Source: Gracilinanus agilis
Lineage: Eukaryota
Length of the DNA stretch: 64,000 nt
Direction: 5' to 3'
Assembly: GCF_016433145.1 (NCBI RefSeq)
Contig: NC_058130.1
Coordinates: 710,237,874 to 710,301,873, forward strand
This document shows, piece after piece, positions 36,942-50,070 of the stretch. Numbering within the stretch: the first letter of the stretch is position 1; every line of letters begins with the position of its first letter. The translations under genes and the position numbers were made by a program. The notes beneath the pieces are model-generated. The model made no database searches. It saw nothing but the letters and a program-made list of their open reading frames with translations, and was not told the origin of the DNA.

Positions 36942-37382
36942 ATTTTCGGCTATAATCTTTTGGTTTTCGGCCATAATCTTCTGGTTATCGGCCATAATCT
37001 TTTGGTTTTCGGCCATAATCTTCTTGTTTTCGGCCATAATCTTCTGGTATTCCTTTTCAATCTGGTCATTTCTTGTGTTCAATTTGCTTATCAGTTCATT
37101 TGGTTTCTGAGCCTCGCTTTCCAGTTGCAAGATTCTACCTTTTAAACTGTTATTTTCTTGCCAGATCTCTTCCATTTTCCTCAAAATCTCAGTTTTGAAC
37201 TCTTCCATAGCTTGTGAGGAGTTTTCCTTATTTGGGGAGGGTCTGAATGGTTGTTTGTTCTCCTCCTCTGTTTGCTCGGTTGTCTGGATTTTCTCTGTGT
37301 AAAAGCTGTCGAGTGTTAAAGACTTCTTTTTTTTGTTATTATTCTTTCTCTTCTGAATTTCCTGTGACTGATTAGCCATCAT
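36942..37382 (-). CDS. L1 ORF1p N-terminus / coiled coil (truncated by the gap)
   Basis: MMANQSQEIQKRKNNNKKKK...MEEFKTEILRKMEEIWQENNSLKGRILQLE...(QKIMAEN)n; the frame is open up to the N run. Confidence 0.85.
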
Positions 37383-39117
37383 TAGCCCAGCAGCTTCTCA
37401 GGTTTATCCTCGCGCTCAGTGTCTGTCTGAGATCTATTGGCTCCTGAGGTCTGAGTTCTAGTTTTTTCCAAGGTCAAGCCCTCTGGTGGATTCCCTTGCT
37501 TGATCCTCTGCAGGAGGTTCCTTTACAAGTCTCAGGAGCTACTTCCACAGTCGTATACCCGTCTGCACTGGTTCCCCACTTAGGCTTTAGTTCCTGGCTG
37601 TGTCTGCCTCCACCCACGCCTCTGCTCAGCCGGCACCCACGCCTCTGCTCAGCCGGCACTCTGCGCCCAGCGTCCACTCTCTGCTCCCGAGCGCTCAGAT
37701 TTCGCGTGCGTTCTTGACTTAATGGGGTCCTAAGTCTTGCTGCTCTCAGGAACAGGTCCCGGAGCTGCTGATGACTCGATGGGTGCCCCAAACTTGCTCT
37801 ATTTCTTTTTAGCTGGGTTTGGAGCTATAGGTGAGTGTGGAGGGGGTGGGGGTGGGGCGGTTACTCAGCCCGCGATTGAGTGAGAGCCCTTTTTAGCCTG
37901 GAAATGTCTCGATTCCACGTACCTTCCACGCTGTGCCCTGTTGTGGGGTTCCTCCGTTCGTCTGGACTTGTTTTTATGTCCCCTTGAGGAGTTTTGTGTG
38001 TTTCGGTCAGGAGAGGTTAAGAGCTGCTTCTTACTCTGCCGCCATCTTAACCCGGAAGCCTAGAGTTTGATTTTTGAATTCACAAGAAACAGCATGATAT
38101 GACTAAACAGTAAGCATTTTTAGTGAATCTATAATTGCTAAATAACTGAAATGTGTATTCAAATAACATTCTAATCAACTTTACCATTTTAAGAGTCCAT
38201 CCAGATATCTTTATAGATCAAAATCTTTTTTTTTTTACTCATGGAAATTATCAAGAAATATTTGATAATTAAAGTACCTGACTCAGAGGACCGTCTATTT
38301 ACGTTTAAATTCCTTATACAACCTGGTTCCAACATTTCTTTCCATACTTTGGACATGAGTTGTATTGAATGAATCTGGGGAAATTGGCCTTTTCTTTTCT
38401 TCATAAACAATGCTCCATTTCTCAGCTCCCCTGAGTCCCTGGAATTCACTCCCTCCTACCTCTACATCATAGAGTTCCTTTCTCTTGAAGCAGTTCAAGT
38501 GCTACCTTTTACCAAAAACCTGCCTTGATCCTCCCCTAATGCCATTGGCCTCTCTCTCAAACTATCTTGTATTTAGCTACTTATTTATTTTAACCCTTAC
38601 TTTTTGTCTTGGGCAGACAGACTTAAGTGAGCTACTTTCTATATACTTGTATTTACTTTGTGTTTATAATATTTATACATGTCTTTCCCACTAGAATGTA
38701 AGTTTTTTTTTTGTCAGTAGGAATTATTTCATCCTTTGTATTTGAATCCAAAAGATAAGGAAGGTGCTTATTAAGTATTTGTTGATCTAATTGGGGGAAG
38801 GATTAGGAAAAGGAGGGAGAGACTCAAAGCAGGGAAATCCATGAAGAGACTTACTTCCAGGTAAGAGGTGATGAGGGCCTAAACTAGACAGAGTGGAGAG
38901 AATTGGAAATACTTCCCTAAGAGTTGTTCTAAAGATAAAAAGATTTTGCAGTAGATTTGTTTTCAGGAGTGAGCAGGAGTGGGGAGGTGACTACTACGTT
39001 CAGGTTGTGAGCTTTGGTAACTGAGATGTGAGTTGCCAGTACTCTCAACAGTTAAAGGAAAGTTGGGAAGTGGAATGGATTGTGTGTTAAGGATAATGAG
39101 TTCTGTATTAAACTAGG

Positions 39118-40690
39118 TGCGAGGAAATATAGGAAATATAAGAATTTAAAATTAGGTTTTTATACTAATATGAGAATTCTAAGGTAATATTATGGCTACT
39201 GATTTAAAATATAGCTCAAGTCAAAATGACTTTTAGTAGCATTTATTTACAAAGAGGTGGAAAGAGTGAAAGTAGAGAAATGTAAGAAGAGGGTAAAGAA
39301 AATATTTAGCCTATCACACTAAGTGTTGTTCTGGTGTCTGGCTCAGCCCTGGCAAGGTTAGTTAACCCTCAGTGGTGTCTTATGCAAGGGTCCCACCTAC
39401 TCAGCCTCCTCCAGGAAAGGAAGGCCCCCCCCCTGGAAATAATCTCTCCAGAAGCCAGGAAAGGAAGGCTAGCCACTCACTTACCCAAGATAAGGTCCAA
39501 AGAAGATCTAGGAGCAGTCCTTGGAAAAGCAGCCCAAGAACCAAAGTCAAGGTCCAAGCTGTTATAGGCAAAGTTATAAGGTAGGATATAAAGATAGGTA
39601 AAAAAGATATGTAGTAATGCACAGGCAGCAGGAGGCAAGATCTTGGCTGAGTGGCATGGAAATTCCGTGTAGAATGCAGCAGGAGCTGGAGAAGGTGGTT
39701 GAGTTGGGGACTGTCAAGAGCTAAAGTAAGGAGCTTGGCAGCTGGGATCCTGTTAGCTGTCTGTATCCTGAAACTTTGGAGACCTTGGGTGAGAACGTCG
39801 AGCAAGTGCCTAGACTGAGGAAAGGACATGCCACTAATTGGGTGGACCAATTACAGAGTGCCTTTAACCTTAGTTTGTGGATTTACTAGCTGACCAAGGA
39901 CTTGTTCCAGTACCTGTAACATCAAGGATTCAGCTTGGAGCAGTATCTCTTGTGGCGAAAGAAATCCCCTTGTCTCCAAAGCCCTTAGCAGCCACTCCTG
40001 TTCTGGCCAGACTGTCTGTGCTAGAGCCAGAGAGAAGCCAATCATTCTGACAGTTGGCTGTGCCCTCTTTATTAGTTTAGTCAAAACCTCTTCCACCTTC
40101 CTTCCCTTAACTTTATTAAATAGTTTATATAACTTCCTATTTGTTTCTTTCTCCACAACCAACAAGGACCCACTATTATATAGTTTAACCCCTGGCTAAA
40201 GTTAGAGGGACAGTTTGTCTCAACTGCTACTCTCTAAGTCGTCATCATTCATTCCCAAGCTCTGTCCTTTATTTGTGGGAGTGGGTGTGATTCCCTTGTG
40301 TTATTTGTGTCCTGGCAGTTAACCAACTCACTCCATCATTCCTCCTTCTCCCTTTACTACTTCCCAGTTTTTTATTTATCCGCTACATTGCCGAAGGTCA
40401 AGTCCAAAGCCACCTCCAAAAGCCAAGTCATCAGGAGAAGCTACTTGGACAGGAAGTTCAGGACTTTTTATAAGTCCTTTCCCCCTGTCACTTCCTGTCC
40501 CTTCCTCCACTTTATGGGAACTAATTGCAGCCTTTCAATTTTCCCAGGGGGTAGTCCATAGCCTCTGGAGTTGTCACTCACTTTAGTGACTTGGGGACTC
40601 CCTTACTTAGTAGGGGTATTTAAGGTTTTGGTTGATTAATTTTAAAATTGCTGATTGATAGACAAAGAAAATTTGATTCATTCTTCACAA
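39118..40690. mobile_element. LTR/ERV-derived sequence (boundaries uncertain)
   Basis: Same paired CAGGAAGT/CACTTCCTG layout around a TATA-like box (~40450-40500), LTR-like TG/CA ends; no matching TSD found. Confidence 0.45.
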
Positions 40691-42039
40691 CACCTATAAC
40701 ATGTTCCATTCTGTATGTCCAGAAAGTAGTTGATTTAGTGCTGTAGCTCAGGAGAACTAAGGCTGGATATATAGCTATAGGAATTATCTATAGAAAAAAA
40801 TTGGGGGACAGCTAACTAGGTGGCTCAGTAGATAAAGTGCCAGGCCTAGAGTTGGGAGGACCTGGGTTCAAATTTGCCCTTTCTAGCTGTGTGACCCTGG
40901 GCAAGTCACTTAACCCCCATTGCCCAGTGCTTAGAATTGTATTCTGTCTTAGAATTGTATTCTAAGATGGAAGATGAGTGTTTAAAAAAAAAAAAGGATA
41001 TTAACTGAACCCATGGAAGCTAACAAAGGCTTGAGGAATACCTACAGTGAATGTGACATGAATGAAAAGGCAATCAAGGCTGAAGAGAGGTCAGAGGTAA
41101 GAAGAATACCAGGAGAAAGCAGTGTCCCAAGAACCTAGAGAAGAGAAAATATCCAGGAGAATATGGTAGTCTACAATGTCAAAAGCTTCCAATAGGGCAA
41201 AATGAATAAGGAGTAAGAAAAGGCCAATAGACTTGGCAATGAGATCATTGGTAACTTTGGTGAGAGCAGTTTTGGTTCAATAATAACGTTGGAAGCTATA
41301 TTGCAGAAGATTTAGGAGAGTGAGAGAAAAAGAAGGGAAGGCACCTAGCGTAATTGACTTTCTTAAGAAGTTTAGCTGCCCCTGAGAAGAAGACATTTTA
41401 GAATAGCCATTTTGGAGAGTTGGCTAGTGAATCTATAAGAAAAGAATAAGATAATTTCCTTGTTGTCAGTTATGGTACAAGCATTCCAGAGGGCACAGGA
41501 AGAGATAGGTAGACCTGAGGTAGGATATTGGGGCACTCAAGTTGACTTGGGTGGGAGTTAAGGAGTGAGCAATTAGACATCACCAGAGTTTGTTCATCAG
41601 TACTAAGTTTAGAATGACTGAGATGGGGAGTATATCACGGGGGTGGGAGGATATAAGTAAGTCCAGGCAGAGTAGTAGTGGTTGGAAAGAGAACCATTGA
41701 AGATATTAGAATATTCACAGTCCTCCTTCATAGTTTCAGCTGCCAGACTGATGTGTCTTGTGAAGGCTGAGGTCTGATTCATAGGACTAGGTATAGAAAC
41801 TTAACTAAGGGGCAGCAATCCTGGGGCAAGTGGAGTGAATGGAAGAGGGCAATTGAGGGGAACTTATATGAGGGGAACATGGCAGATTGGAGAAGGTGAA
41901 TTTGAATCCAGATTTTCATTTCAGGGCTATTTAAATCATTACCACATCTTGTTCATGTTTTTAAATATGACAATATTGATTTCTTCAATTTTGCTTTAAA
42001 ATTTCCACGAGTCTCTCCTTTAACCTTGGAAATATTCCA

Positions 42040-42525
42040 GAACCCCTGCAACTAACACTCATGGATGTCTATGTACACTGTATATTAAGTTTCAAGCATG
42101 CTGCTTCCATTGTCCTTGCTAGAAAAAGCAGCTTATAATAACTTTTTTGCAAATCTTTTCCATTTTTCTTCTGTTTGTTGCCCCATTGTTGTTCTCAAAT
42201 GCCTTGAGGTGGGGTGTGTCTTTGCTTAGTTGGTTTCTTGCCAAGCTTCTCTTAAACTTCTTTCGCCTATCACTGATTCTCTCTAATTTATGAGATGATA
42301 CTTCTAATGAGCCTTGAACGCTTTTATTTGTAAGATTTTATAAACAAGTTTACACGCTAACCAAATGTTACCTTTGGCAACTCTCTCTGTTTAGCAAATA
42401 AGTCAGAGGTTTACTGATTGCTCTGTTTTCTCAGCACTCTCAGTCTCCTTGCACCAACTAATTTACCTTTAAAGTGCTGCATAAAATTCTAATGGTGACG
42501 ATGGCATTTCTGGTGTCCCAGGTGT
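42040..42525 (-). mobile_element. RTE-clade LINE ORF remnant
   Basis: Broken translation resembling KLREAWQET..SK...LKAFENNNG..NRRKMEKICKKYY, typical of RTE-like elements between the EN and RT domains. Confidence 0.45.
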
Positions 42526-43244
42526 GCTTCTAGGGGGCAGAATTGGCATTAATAAGGCCAGAAAAGGGGAAAACAGCCAGATTTAGCTCAAGAGGTAACA
42601 GCCATAAAGGTATTGGTGGGGAGGGGGACCAAAGAAGGTATCTAGAATAGGGGAAAATACTAAAGACATGAGAAAATTTCAAGACCATATTCACATATGA
42701 ATAAATAAGAGAAAAGTAATAACTATTACCTAGGGCCCTGGTTTCTCTTCTATATGAAATCTTTATGAGAACCATCTAAATAGGAATGAAAGGCATCTTC
42801 AAGGAGGATAGTTAGTAAGAAATAAGCAGGTTTTCATAAGCCATACTCAACTATGAACTTTGTTTACTATTTCACAACTGCCTCAGAGGTAGAGAATCTA
42901 AGGCACCACTGTGCTTTTCCCTTATTGTTTGCTGGTTATAAATAAACATTTCATTTCTTTGGTGGAGGAAAGTGAACTTTGTCATCCCTTATAGAACAAA
43001 GTATCCTTCATCTATACATTAAAATAAAATCATCCAAGATTTATTGAAAGATATATATATATATATACATAAATATAAAGATTTTCCAATCCCAAACCCT
43101 GGTGGAAGAATAAAAAGAAAAAAAGAATTAAAAAAGCTAGTTATGCTCACAAAGGTGTAAGCCACTGTGATGGGAGAGATGTAGTACAAAGTCCAAGTTG
43201 AAGAGATTCCCTTCAGTTTGGGAGATCTTCCTGATGCTCTTGTT

Positions 43245-43442
43245 CAGTGTGGTTCCCAAACTTTTTTGGCCTACCGCCCCCTTTCCAGAAAAAATATTAC
43301 TTAGCCCCTTGGAAATTAATTTTTTAAAAATTTTAATAGCAATTAATAGGAAAGATAAATGCACCTGTGGCCATCATCACCCCCCACCCCTATCGCTGCA
43401 GCACCCACCAAGGGGCGGTAGCACCCACTTTGGGAATCACTG
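43245..43442. mobile_element. hAT MITE (different family)
   Basis: TIRs CAGTG(T)GGTTCCCAAA and TTTGGGAATCACTG; no clear 8-bp TSD. Confidence 0.7.
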
Positions 43443-43989
43443 CATGGATGGCATTGTATTTATTTCATCAATCCCTGGAAAACTGAAAAGCCTCTTGGAA
43501 GAGATCATTAGTCATTAATAGGAATCTGGTCAGTGAAGTGGTTCAATTGATACAGTGCCAGGCTGGGAGTTAAGAGGACCTGGGTTCAAATCTATATTCA
43601 GATACTTCTTAGCAGTGTAACCATGGGCAAATCACTTAATCCCATTTGCCTTTAAATTAAAAAAAAATTTTGATGAGGAAAAAAGCAAATTCATGAAAGA
43701 CCAAATAGATGGGGGCAAGTAAGTGGCTCGGTGGATTGAGAGCCAGGACTAGGTCCTGGGTTCAAATCTATCCTTAGATACTTAACTGTGTTACCCTGGA
43801 CAAGTCACTTAATCCCCTTTGCCTAACCCTTACTGCTCTTCTACCTTGGAACCAATACACAGTATCGATTCTAAGATGGAAGGTAAGGATTTTTAAAAAG
43901 AGACCAAACTGGCAAAATATTTTTTATCTAGAATTCACAATAAATTTCTGATTTAAAATTACGAATTTTTTTTAATCAGCAAAAATTTA

Positions 43990-44585
43990 ACTTTTCATCC
44001 TCCCATTCCCAACTACTCCTTTCCTCTTAAGAACAAAAGAAAACAAAACCCCATTATATACTTGTGTAGTCAAGCAATACAAAATTCACATTGTCCAGGT
44101 TAAAAAAAATCCATCTCATTCTGCCCTTTGAGTCTTTCACCTCTCTCTCAGGAGGTGAGTTCATCATTAGCCCTTTGAAATTGTGGTGGATCATTACATA
44201 GCTAAGAATTTCAAATTATCTCAAAATTGTTTGTCTTTACTGTGTTGTTGCCTTTGTATAAATTGTTTTCCTGATTCTGTTCATTTTACTCTGCACCAGT
44301 TCATATGAGTCTTCCAGGTTTTCTCTGAAACCGTCCTTTTCATCATTTCTTACAGCAAAATAGTATTCCATCACATTTATATAGCATAATGTGTTAATCT
44401 ATTCCTCAATTTATGGGTGCTCCCTCAGATTCCCATTCTTTGCCTCCTCAAGAGTTATAAATATTTTTTACATCCTTAGAATGTTTTGCTTAATCCCTCC
44501 TTTATTCTTTTATATGACTTTATATAAGACTTTATATGAAAGTCTTATGACTTTCCTTTTGAGTGAAATGCATTTCTGTATCCAC

Positions 44586-44622
<37 letters not shown>

Positions 44623-47580
44623 CTTTCCTTTAATCAGTTCAGATAAGAGTGAGGTTCACATGTTAGCTCCTCCCTCTAATCCTCCTCCTTGTTTGTATAG
44701 ATATCTACTTTAACACCTTCATTATATAATATAATTTTCCCTAAAATTCCTTTTTCTTTCCCCCTCTGCCCGCATGGTAGTTCTATTCCTCTCTTTTTCC
44801 ATTCTTCTCTTAAGATGATCAAAAACTAACAACTACTTTCAGGCCTTGTCTATTTAGATTCCTTCAATGACTCCTGATGATAGAAATCAGAAGGGACAAA
44901 GGTATGATCTCCTTATATTTGAATGTAAACAGTTTATTCTTATTTAACCTCTTATTATTCATTCATGTTTACCTTTTAATGTTTCTTGTAATTCCTGTGT
45001 TTGGATTTCAAAAATTCTATAAAGCTTTATTGTTTTTGTTGTGTTTTTTTCTTGTATCAGGAATGCTTGGAAGTCCTCTGATTCATTAAAGATCCTTCCC
45101 CACTCCCCCAGCATTATACTGTTTTGCTGAGTAAGTTATTGTTGCTTAAGGAAACTGCTAAATCATGTATGATCTTGACTTCAGCTCCTTTGAAACTCTT
45201 TCTGTCCTGCTGCTCTAAAGTATTTTTTTTTACCTTCTGTCTTAGTATCAATTCTAAGATAAAAGAGAATCAAGGCTAGGCAATTGATGTTAATTGACTT
45301 GCCCAGGGTCATAGGTAGGAATATGATTTCTTGAAATATGACATCTAAGGTCTTTCCTTTCAGTCATAAAGTCCAAATATTCTAATGTTTGTAAATTGTT
45401 TTTATTCAATGTTTTCTAGGTCAGTTATTTTTGCTATTAGATACCTTATGTTTTATTCTTTTTTTAATCACTTGATTTTTTAAGTATTTCTTGTTCTTTC
45501 ATAGAGCAATTGGCTTCTTCTTGGTCCATCTGAATTATTGCTTGGGCAAAGTTTTGTACTTGTGCCAAATTGTTCATTTCCTTTCCAAATTTTTCTTCTA
45601 TAGCATGCATTTCCTTTCTACTTTTATCCTCAAGAATTTTTATTTGTTTATGAATCTGGAGCACTAGATCTCCAATATATCGAAACTCCTTGGACAATGA
45701 AGTGTTTTTCATTTATTGTTTCAATTCATTCTTTGCAACCTAACTATGTTGGAACAAGTCTGGAATTAAAGTCTAAAAAAAGTTAACAAAAAATTTACCT
45801 AATAAAATATTATAATTTTAAATAAATTATAAATTTACAATTGATGAAAACATTTAAAAATGTTTGCTTTATCTCTTCCAGGAATTCTAGTTGACTTTGT
45901 ATCCCAGCTGTGTTTTTTTCTAAGGCTTTGCTTGTAGATATTTTAGAGCCATTCTCGTCTGCGTTCCTGCCACCATAATAGCTCATTATGTTGGAATTAT
46001 TTTTTTTATTTACTCATTCTTCCAGTGTACTTCCTGACTTTGGACTTGATCTTGTGGTGCTAGACTTTGCTGCGCTTCTGGAAGGCAGGTCTAACTTGAT
46101 CCTGCTACAGCCTTCTTTGGATATTGTGTTGTGTTATTCCAGGATTTTAGGGATAGTCCGGGGACCCTCAAGCTTTTGGTGCTCTCAAGTTGATGTGGTC
46201 CAGGGCAAAATCTGATTGCTACTACAGGCTGCTAGACTCCACCCCTCTCAATCAGCTGAAAAGTTCTTCTGGTTCAGTATGCAATACTACATGTTCCCCT
46301 TTGGCCTAGATTTCTAACTTGGTAATCCTCTGTAAACTGGCTAGATGCTGGAACTGAGACACTGCTCTCCCCATGTGGGGCTTGAGCCACACCATTGCTG
46401 CTGACTTCTGAACGTCTTCCTTTCTAGTTATACTGTCCAGGGCTTCTCAATTTAGGAACACCCCCTAGCATGGATCTCCCTTTCAATCCCAGCCCCTTCC
46501 CCCTCACCCATTGATTGGAACTAGATGAAAAAACTGCCAGTTGGCACCTGTTCCTGTTATAGTGCCCTGGTATGAGTCTGGAACCTCTTCTTGCCCTGGT
46601 GCACAGCTTCTTCCTTGGTCTCCATCATCCTGGCCTGTCTGTCTCCTTCTGCTGACCTGGGCTGGACAAATAACTTGTGATTTCTTCTGGATTTCTCCAT
46701 CAGGATTCAGTCTGGTGGGCTTTCTAGGTCCATTTGGAAAAGTTTTGTGAAGGGCAGCTTAACTACTCTGCTTCCTGCTATTCTATCATCTTGGTTTCGC
46801 CTCCAAAACACAATGAATTTTATTTTTATTTTGCAAATCATTTTTATTTTTATAACAAATTTCCACATAAGTTTTTCCAAAGTTATATGATCCAAATAGC
46901 CTCCCTCCCTTCTCCCCTTCCCACTCCCAGAGTTGGCAAACAATTCATTCTGGGTTATACATGCATTATCACGCAAAACATATTTCCACATTATTCATTT
47001 TTGTAAGTGAATGATCTTATAAAACCAAAACCCCAAAGGATATACCCAAATAAACAAGTGATAAATCATCTGTTTTCACCTGCATTTCTCCTCCAACAAT
47101 TCTTTCTCTGTAGGAAGATAGCATTCTTTTTCATAAGTCCCTCAGAATTGTTCTGGATCTTTGTATTACTGTTAGTAGCACAGTTTATCACATTTGATCA
47201 TTCCAAAATATTGCAGTTACTGTGTAAGATGTTCTCCTGATTCTGTTCATTTCATTCTTTATCAGTTCACGTAGGTCTATCCAGCTGTTTCTGAAATCAT
47301 CCTGTTCATCATTCCTTATAGCACAATAATATTCCATTACCATCTATACCACAATTTATTCGGCCATTCCTCAATTGAGGGACATCCCTTTAGTTTCCAA
47401 TTTTTTGCCACCACATAAAGAGCAGCTCTAAATATGTTTGTACAAGTAGGTCCTTTCCAATTTTTTAAAAATCTCTTTGGGATACAGACCTAGTAGTGGT
47501 ATTACTATATCAAAGGGTATACACTGTTTTATAGCCCTTTGGACATAATTCCAAATTGCCCTCCAGAATGGTTGGATCAG
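43990..47580 (-). mobile_element. Cluster of degraded L1 fragments
   Basis: T-rich L1 3' UTR / ORF2-end motifs and an ORF1/5' region (~45350-46740) on the minus strand. Confidence 0.65.
44587..44619. repeat. (TG)n microsatellite
   Basis: About 16 TG units. Confidence 0.99.
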
Positions 47581-48785
47581 CAAAACACAATGAATTTTAA
47601 AGGATAACTTAAAGAGTTTGGATACAACAGTACAAAAGTATAAGGAACTGGACAAAGAAATTGAACAAAAGAAAGGAGAGTAGGCTAAATTGACTTCAAA
47701 AGATTACAAAAGCCCTTTAATATTAAGCACTAAGCTTCTCATGAAAGTGAAGGCCCATCTTTTTAATAGTAATGTTCTATTGGCATTGCTATCAGGCAAC
47801 AAAATAGGAATATAAGAGTCTCTGAAGAAAAGTATGTGTGGTGTGGTGTGAATGAGCTATAACACAAAACCAGTGTTGAGCCTTGAAAAGTAGGACTAAC
47901 TGATGTAAAAAAGAAAAAGAATTGTATGCTAGGAAGAGAAGATGGTTTGGTAGTGTGACAAGGATCAGGGTTGACAAATAGAAAGCTAGGATGCCCCAAA
48001 GCAGCTAGGTGACACAGTGGATAGAGTGCTAGGCTTGGAATCAGGAAGATATTTGTTCAAATCCAGTCTCAGAAACTAACTATATGACCTTGGGCAAATC
48101 ACTGAATGTCTGTTTTATCAGTTTCCCTGATTGTAAAATGGGGATAAGAATAGTACCTACCTTCTGGGTTTTTTTGAGGATCAAATGAAATAGTAAAGCA
48201 CATAACACAGTGCTTGGCAAATAATAGATACTACATATGTGCTTATGTCTTTCCCTTCCCCTTCCCCAGAAGCTTCTTGAGTATGGCATCAAGAGTATGC
48301 CCTTGAAGATAACAGAGTGATAGGGAAAAAATATAGCAAACTCCTTCTCTCCCACCTCCACCCTCAAGCAGATCTAGAAAATGCAAGTTCTCATCAGGAA
48401 ATCCAAGAAAAAAAAATCAGTGTGTCATTTTTTCCAGGCCAGGTCAGGAGAGGGAGGCACAGAGGTCTACTAGTCAGAGCATGCCTACATAAGGAGAGTC
48501 TGTGCTTTAGAATGGGAAAAGGTCCTAAATCTAGCCCAAAGGGGACTAAACTTCTGCAGGGTTCAGGAAAAGATACAAAACTAGCATATATTTGCTTATA
48601 ATCCAGTTCTGGATCTCAGGTCCAGGGTGGCCTGAGGAGGAGACCTACATGTAAAGGAGTGGTCAATGGCTCTAGGATATATACTGATTAAGAAGCAAGT
48701 TCAAGGAAGCAGTAGTGTGGCTCAGGCCCTAGTCATGGACTATGGTCTTAGTTCTTATTAATAGCCCAGCCTGAAGCCTATATAG

Positions 48786-49001
48786 CCACTTTGGGGAACC
48801 TATGGCATATGTGCCAGAGGAGGCTGCTCCCCTCTCCTTCTCCACAAGTGCCTGAGGACATTTCTCACTTCACTTGCCCCTCTGCCCAACAGCCCGATGG
48901 GAGCACTTCCTCCCCTGTCTAGGGTAAGGTGGGAGGCTCACATGCTGCATGAGGAGGGTTGCAGTTTGGGCACTCGGTCTCTAAAAGGTTCACCATCGCT
49001 G
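48786..49001 (+). mobile_element. hAT (Charlie-type) MITE
   Basis: Perfect 8-bp TSD CTATATAG at 48778-48785 and 49002-49009. 3' TIR AGGTTCACCATCGCTG; degenerate 5' TIR ...GAACCTATGGCA. Confidence 0.8.
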
Positions 49002-49804
49002 CTATATAGGAATAATAGGCATCCCAGAACAAAGAGGAGCCTACAGTTCTGTCATTCTTTACCAAAAGAGATTTCTAACTATGACAGTGCCTGAGCTTAG
49101 CAACAGTCTATTAGAACTCAAAATGGGGCAAACCCATAAGTATGATGCTCAGACCCAACTCCAGGTCAGAAACTTTCAGGACTCAGACTAGAAAGGCAGG
49201 AATACAACTTTTCCTGGATCACAGAACTTTTGGGACACTGCTGTAGTTGTCTCTGAGATTCTGGAATAATGCAACAGTTGATACCTCAAGAAAACAGTAG
49301 CAGAACTAGTCTACACGTGCCCTTCAGTGTGCAGAGACCAGCCCTAAAGTCCAAAAGCAAGAAGTAAGCCAGAAAAATGAGTAAGCAAAAAAAGAATCCT
49401 ACTATAAAAAGCTGCTATTATGGTGATAGGGAAGCTCAAGGCACAAATCTAGCAGAAGAAAATGATTCCAAAGCATTTCAATGACTCAAAAAAAAAAAAA
49501 AAAGATACCTTAAGTACAAATTTAACAAACTGTTTGAAGAGATAAAGCAAGATGTAGGCCTTAAAGAATTTAAATTACATTTTATTTTATCAATTATCAA
49601 ATATTTCCTTTTTCTCCCTCAACGTCCCTCCTCTATTCCACTGAACAAAAAGGAAAACAAAATACTTATAACAAATATGCATCATCAAGTAAAACAAATT
49701 CCCATATTGGTCATTTCCAAAAATGTATGTTTCATTCTGCATCTTAAGTCCATTAACTCTCTAGCAGGAGGTGAGCAACAGGTTTCACCTTTTATGCTCT
49801 AGAC

Positions 49805-50070
49805 CAGTGATGGCAAACCTATGGCACAGTTGCCAAATCTGGCATGCAGAGCACTGTTGGCACTCAGCCACCCTCCTTCCCCTGTCCACCCCCATCCCCC
49901 CAATGTTATTACTACTAGAAAGGCAGAAAGACGGGCTGAGCTGCTTCTCTCCCCCTCTTCATTGTGCCTGAGGACATTTTTTTCACATCCCTCGCCTCTC
50001 TGCCCAGCAGACCAATGAGAGAGCACAGCAGGTAAGGTGGGCAGCTCACAAGTGGCAGAGATTGAGAGGA
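49805..50070 (+). mobile_element. Second copy of the same hAT MITE family (3' end missing)
   Basis: 5' TIR CAGTGATGGCAAACCTATGGCAC is preceded by the Charlie-type target CTCTAGAC. The internal sequence is homologous to 48786-49001. Confidence 0.75.

Larger units (their letters stand above)
36448..38060 (-). mobile_element. Young LINE-1 (L1_Mdo-like): 5' UTR, ORF1 start and 3' end, with the interior lost in an assembly gap
   Basis: The 5' end reads GGCTTCCGGGTTAAGATGGCGGC and the 5' UTR is CpG-rich. ORF1 starts at 37382. An L1 3' tail and poly(A) lie at ~36448-36543. A 15-bp TSD, TAGAGTTTGATTTTT, is at 36433-36447 and 38061-38075. Confidence 0.92.

Noticed and set aside
36503-37145. Plus-strand ORFs spanning the N run
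   Set aside because: Artefacts of the assembly gap and the antisense of the L1 tandem repeat.
38210-38500. Possible transposase or processed-gene fragment (…THVQSMERN…YKEFKRK)
   Set aside because: I could not match it convincingly to any family; it needs a BLASTX or HMM search.
39334-40165. Several 70-150 aa ORFs in LTR/ERV-like DNA
   Set aside because: No gag, pol or env motifs recognised.
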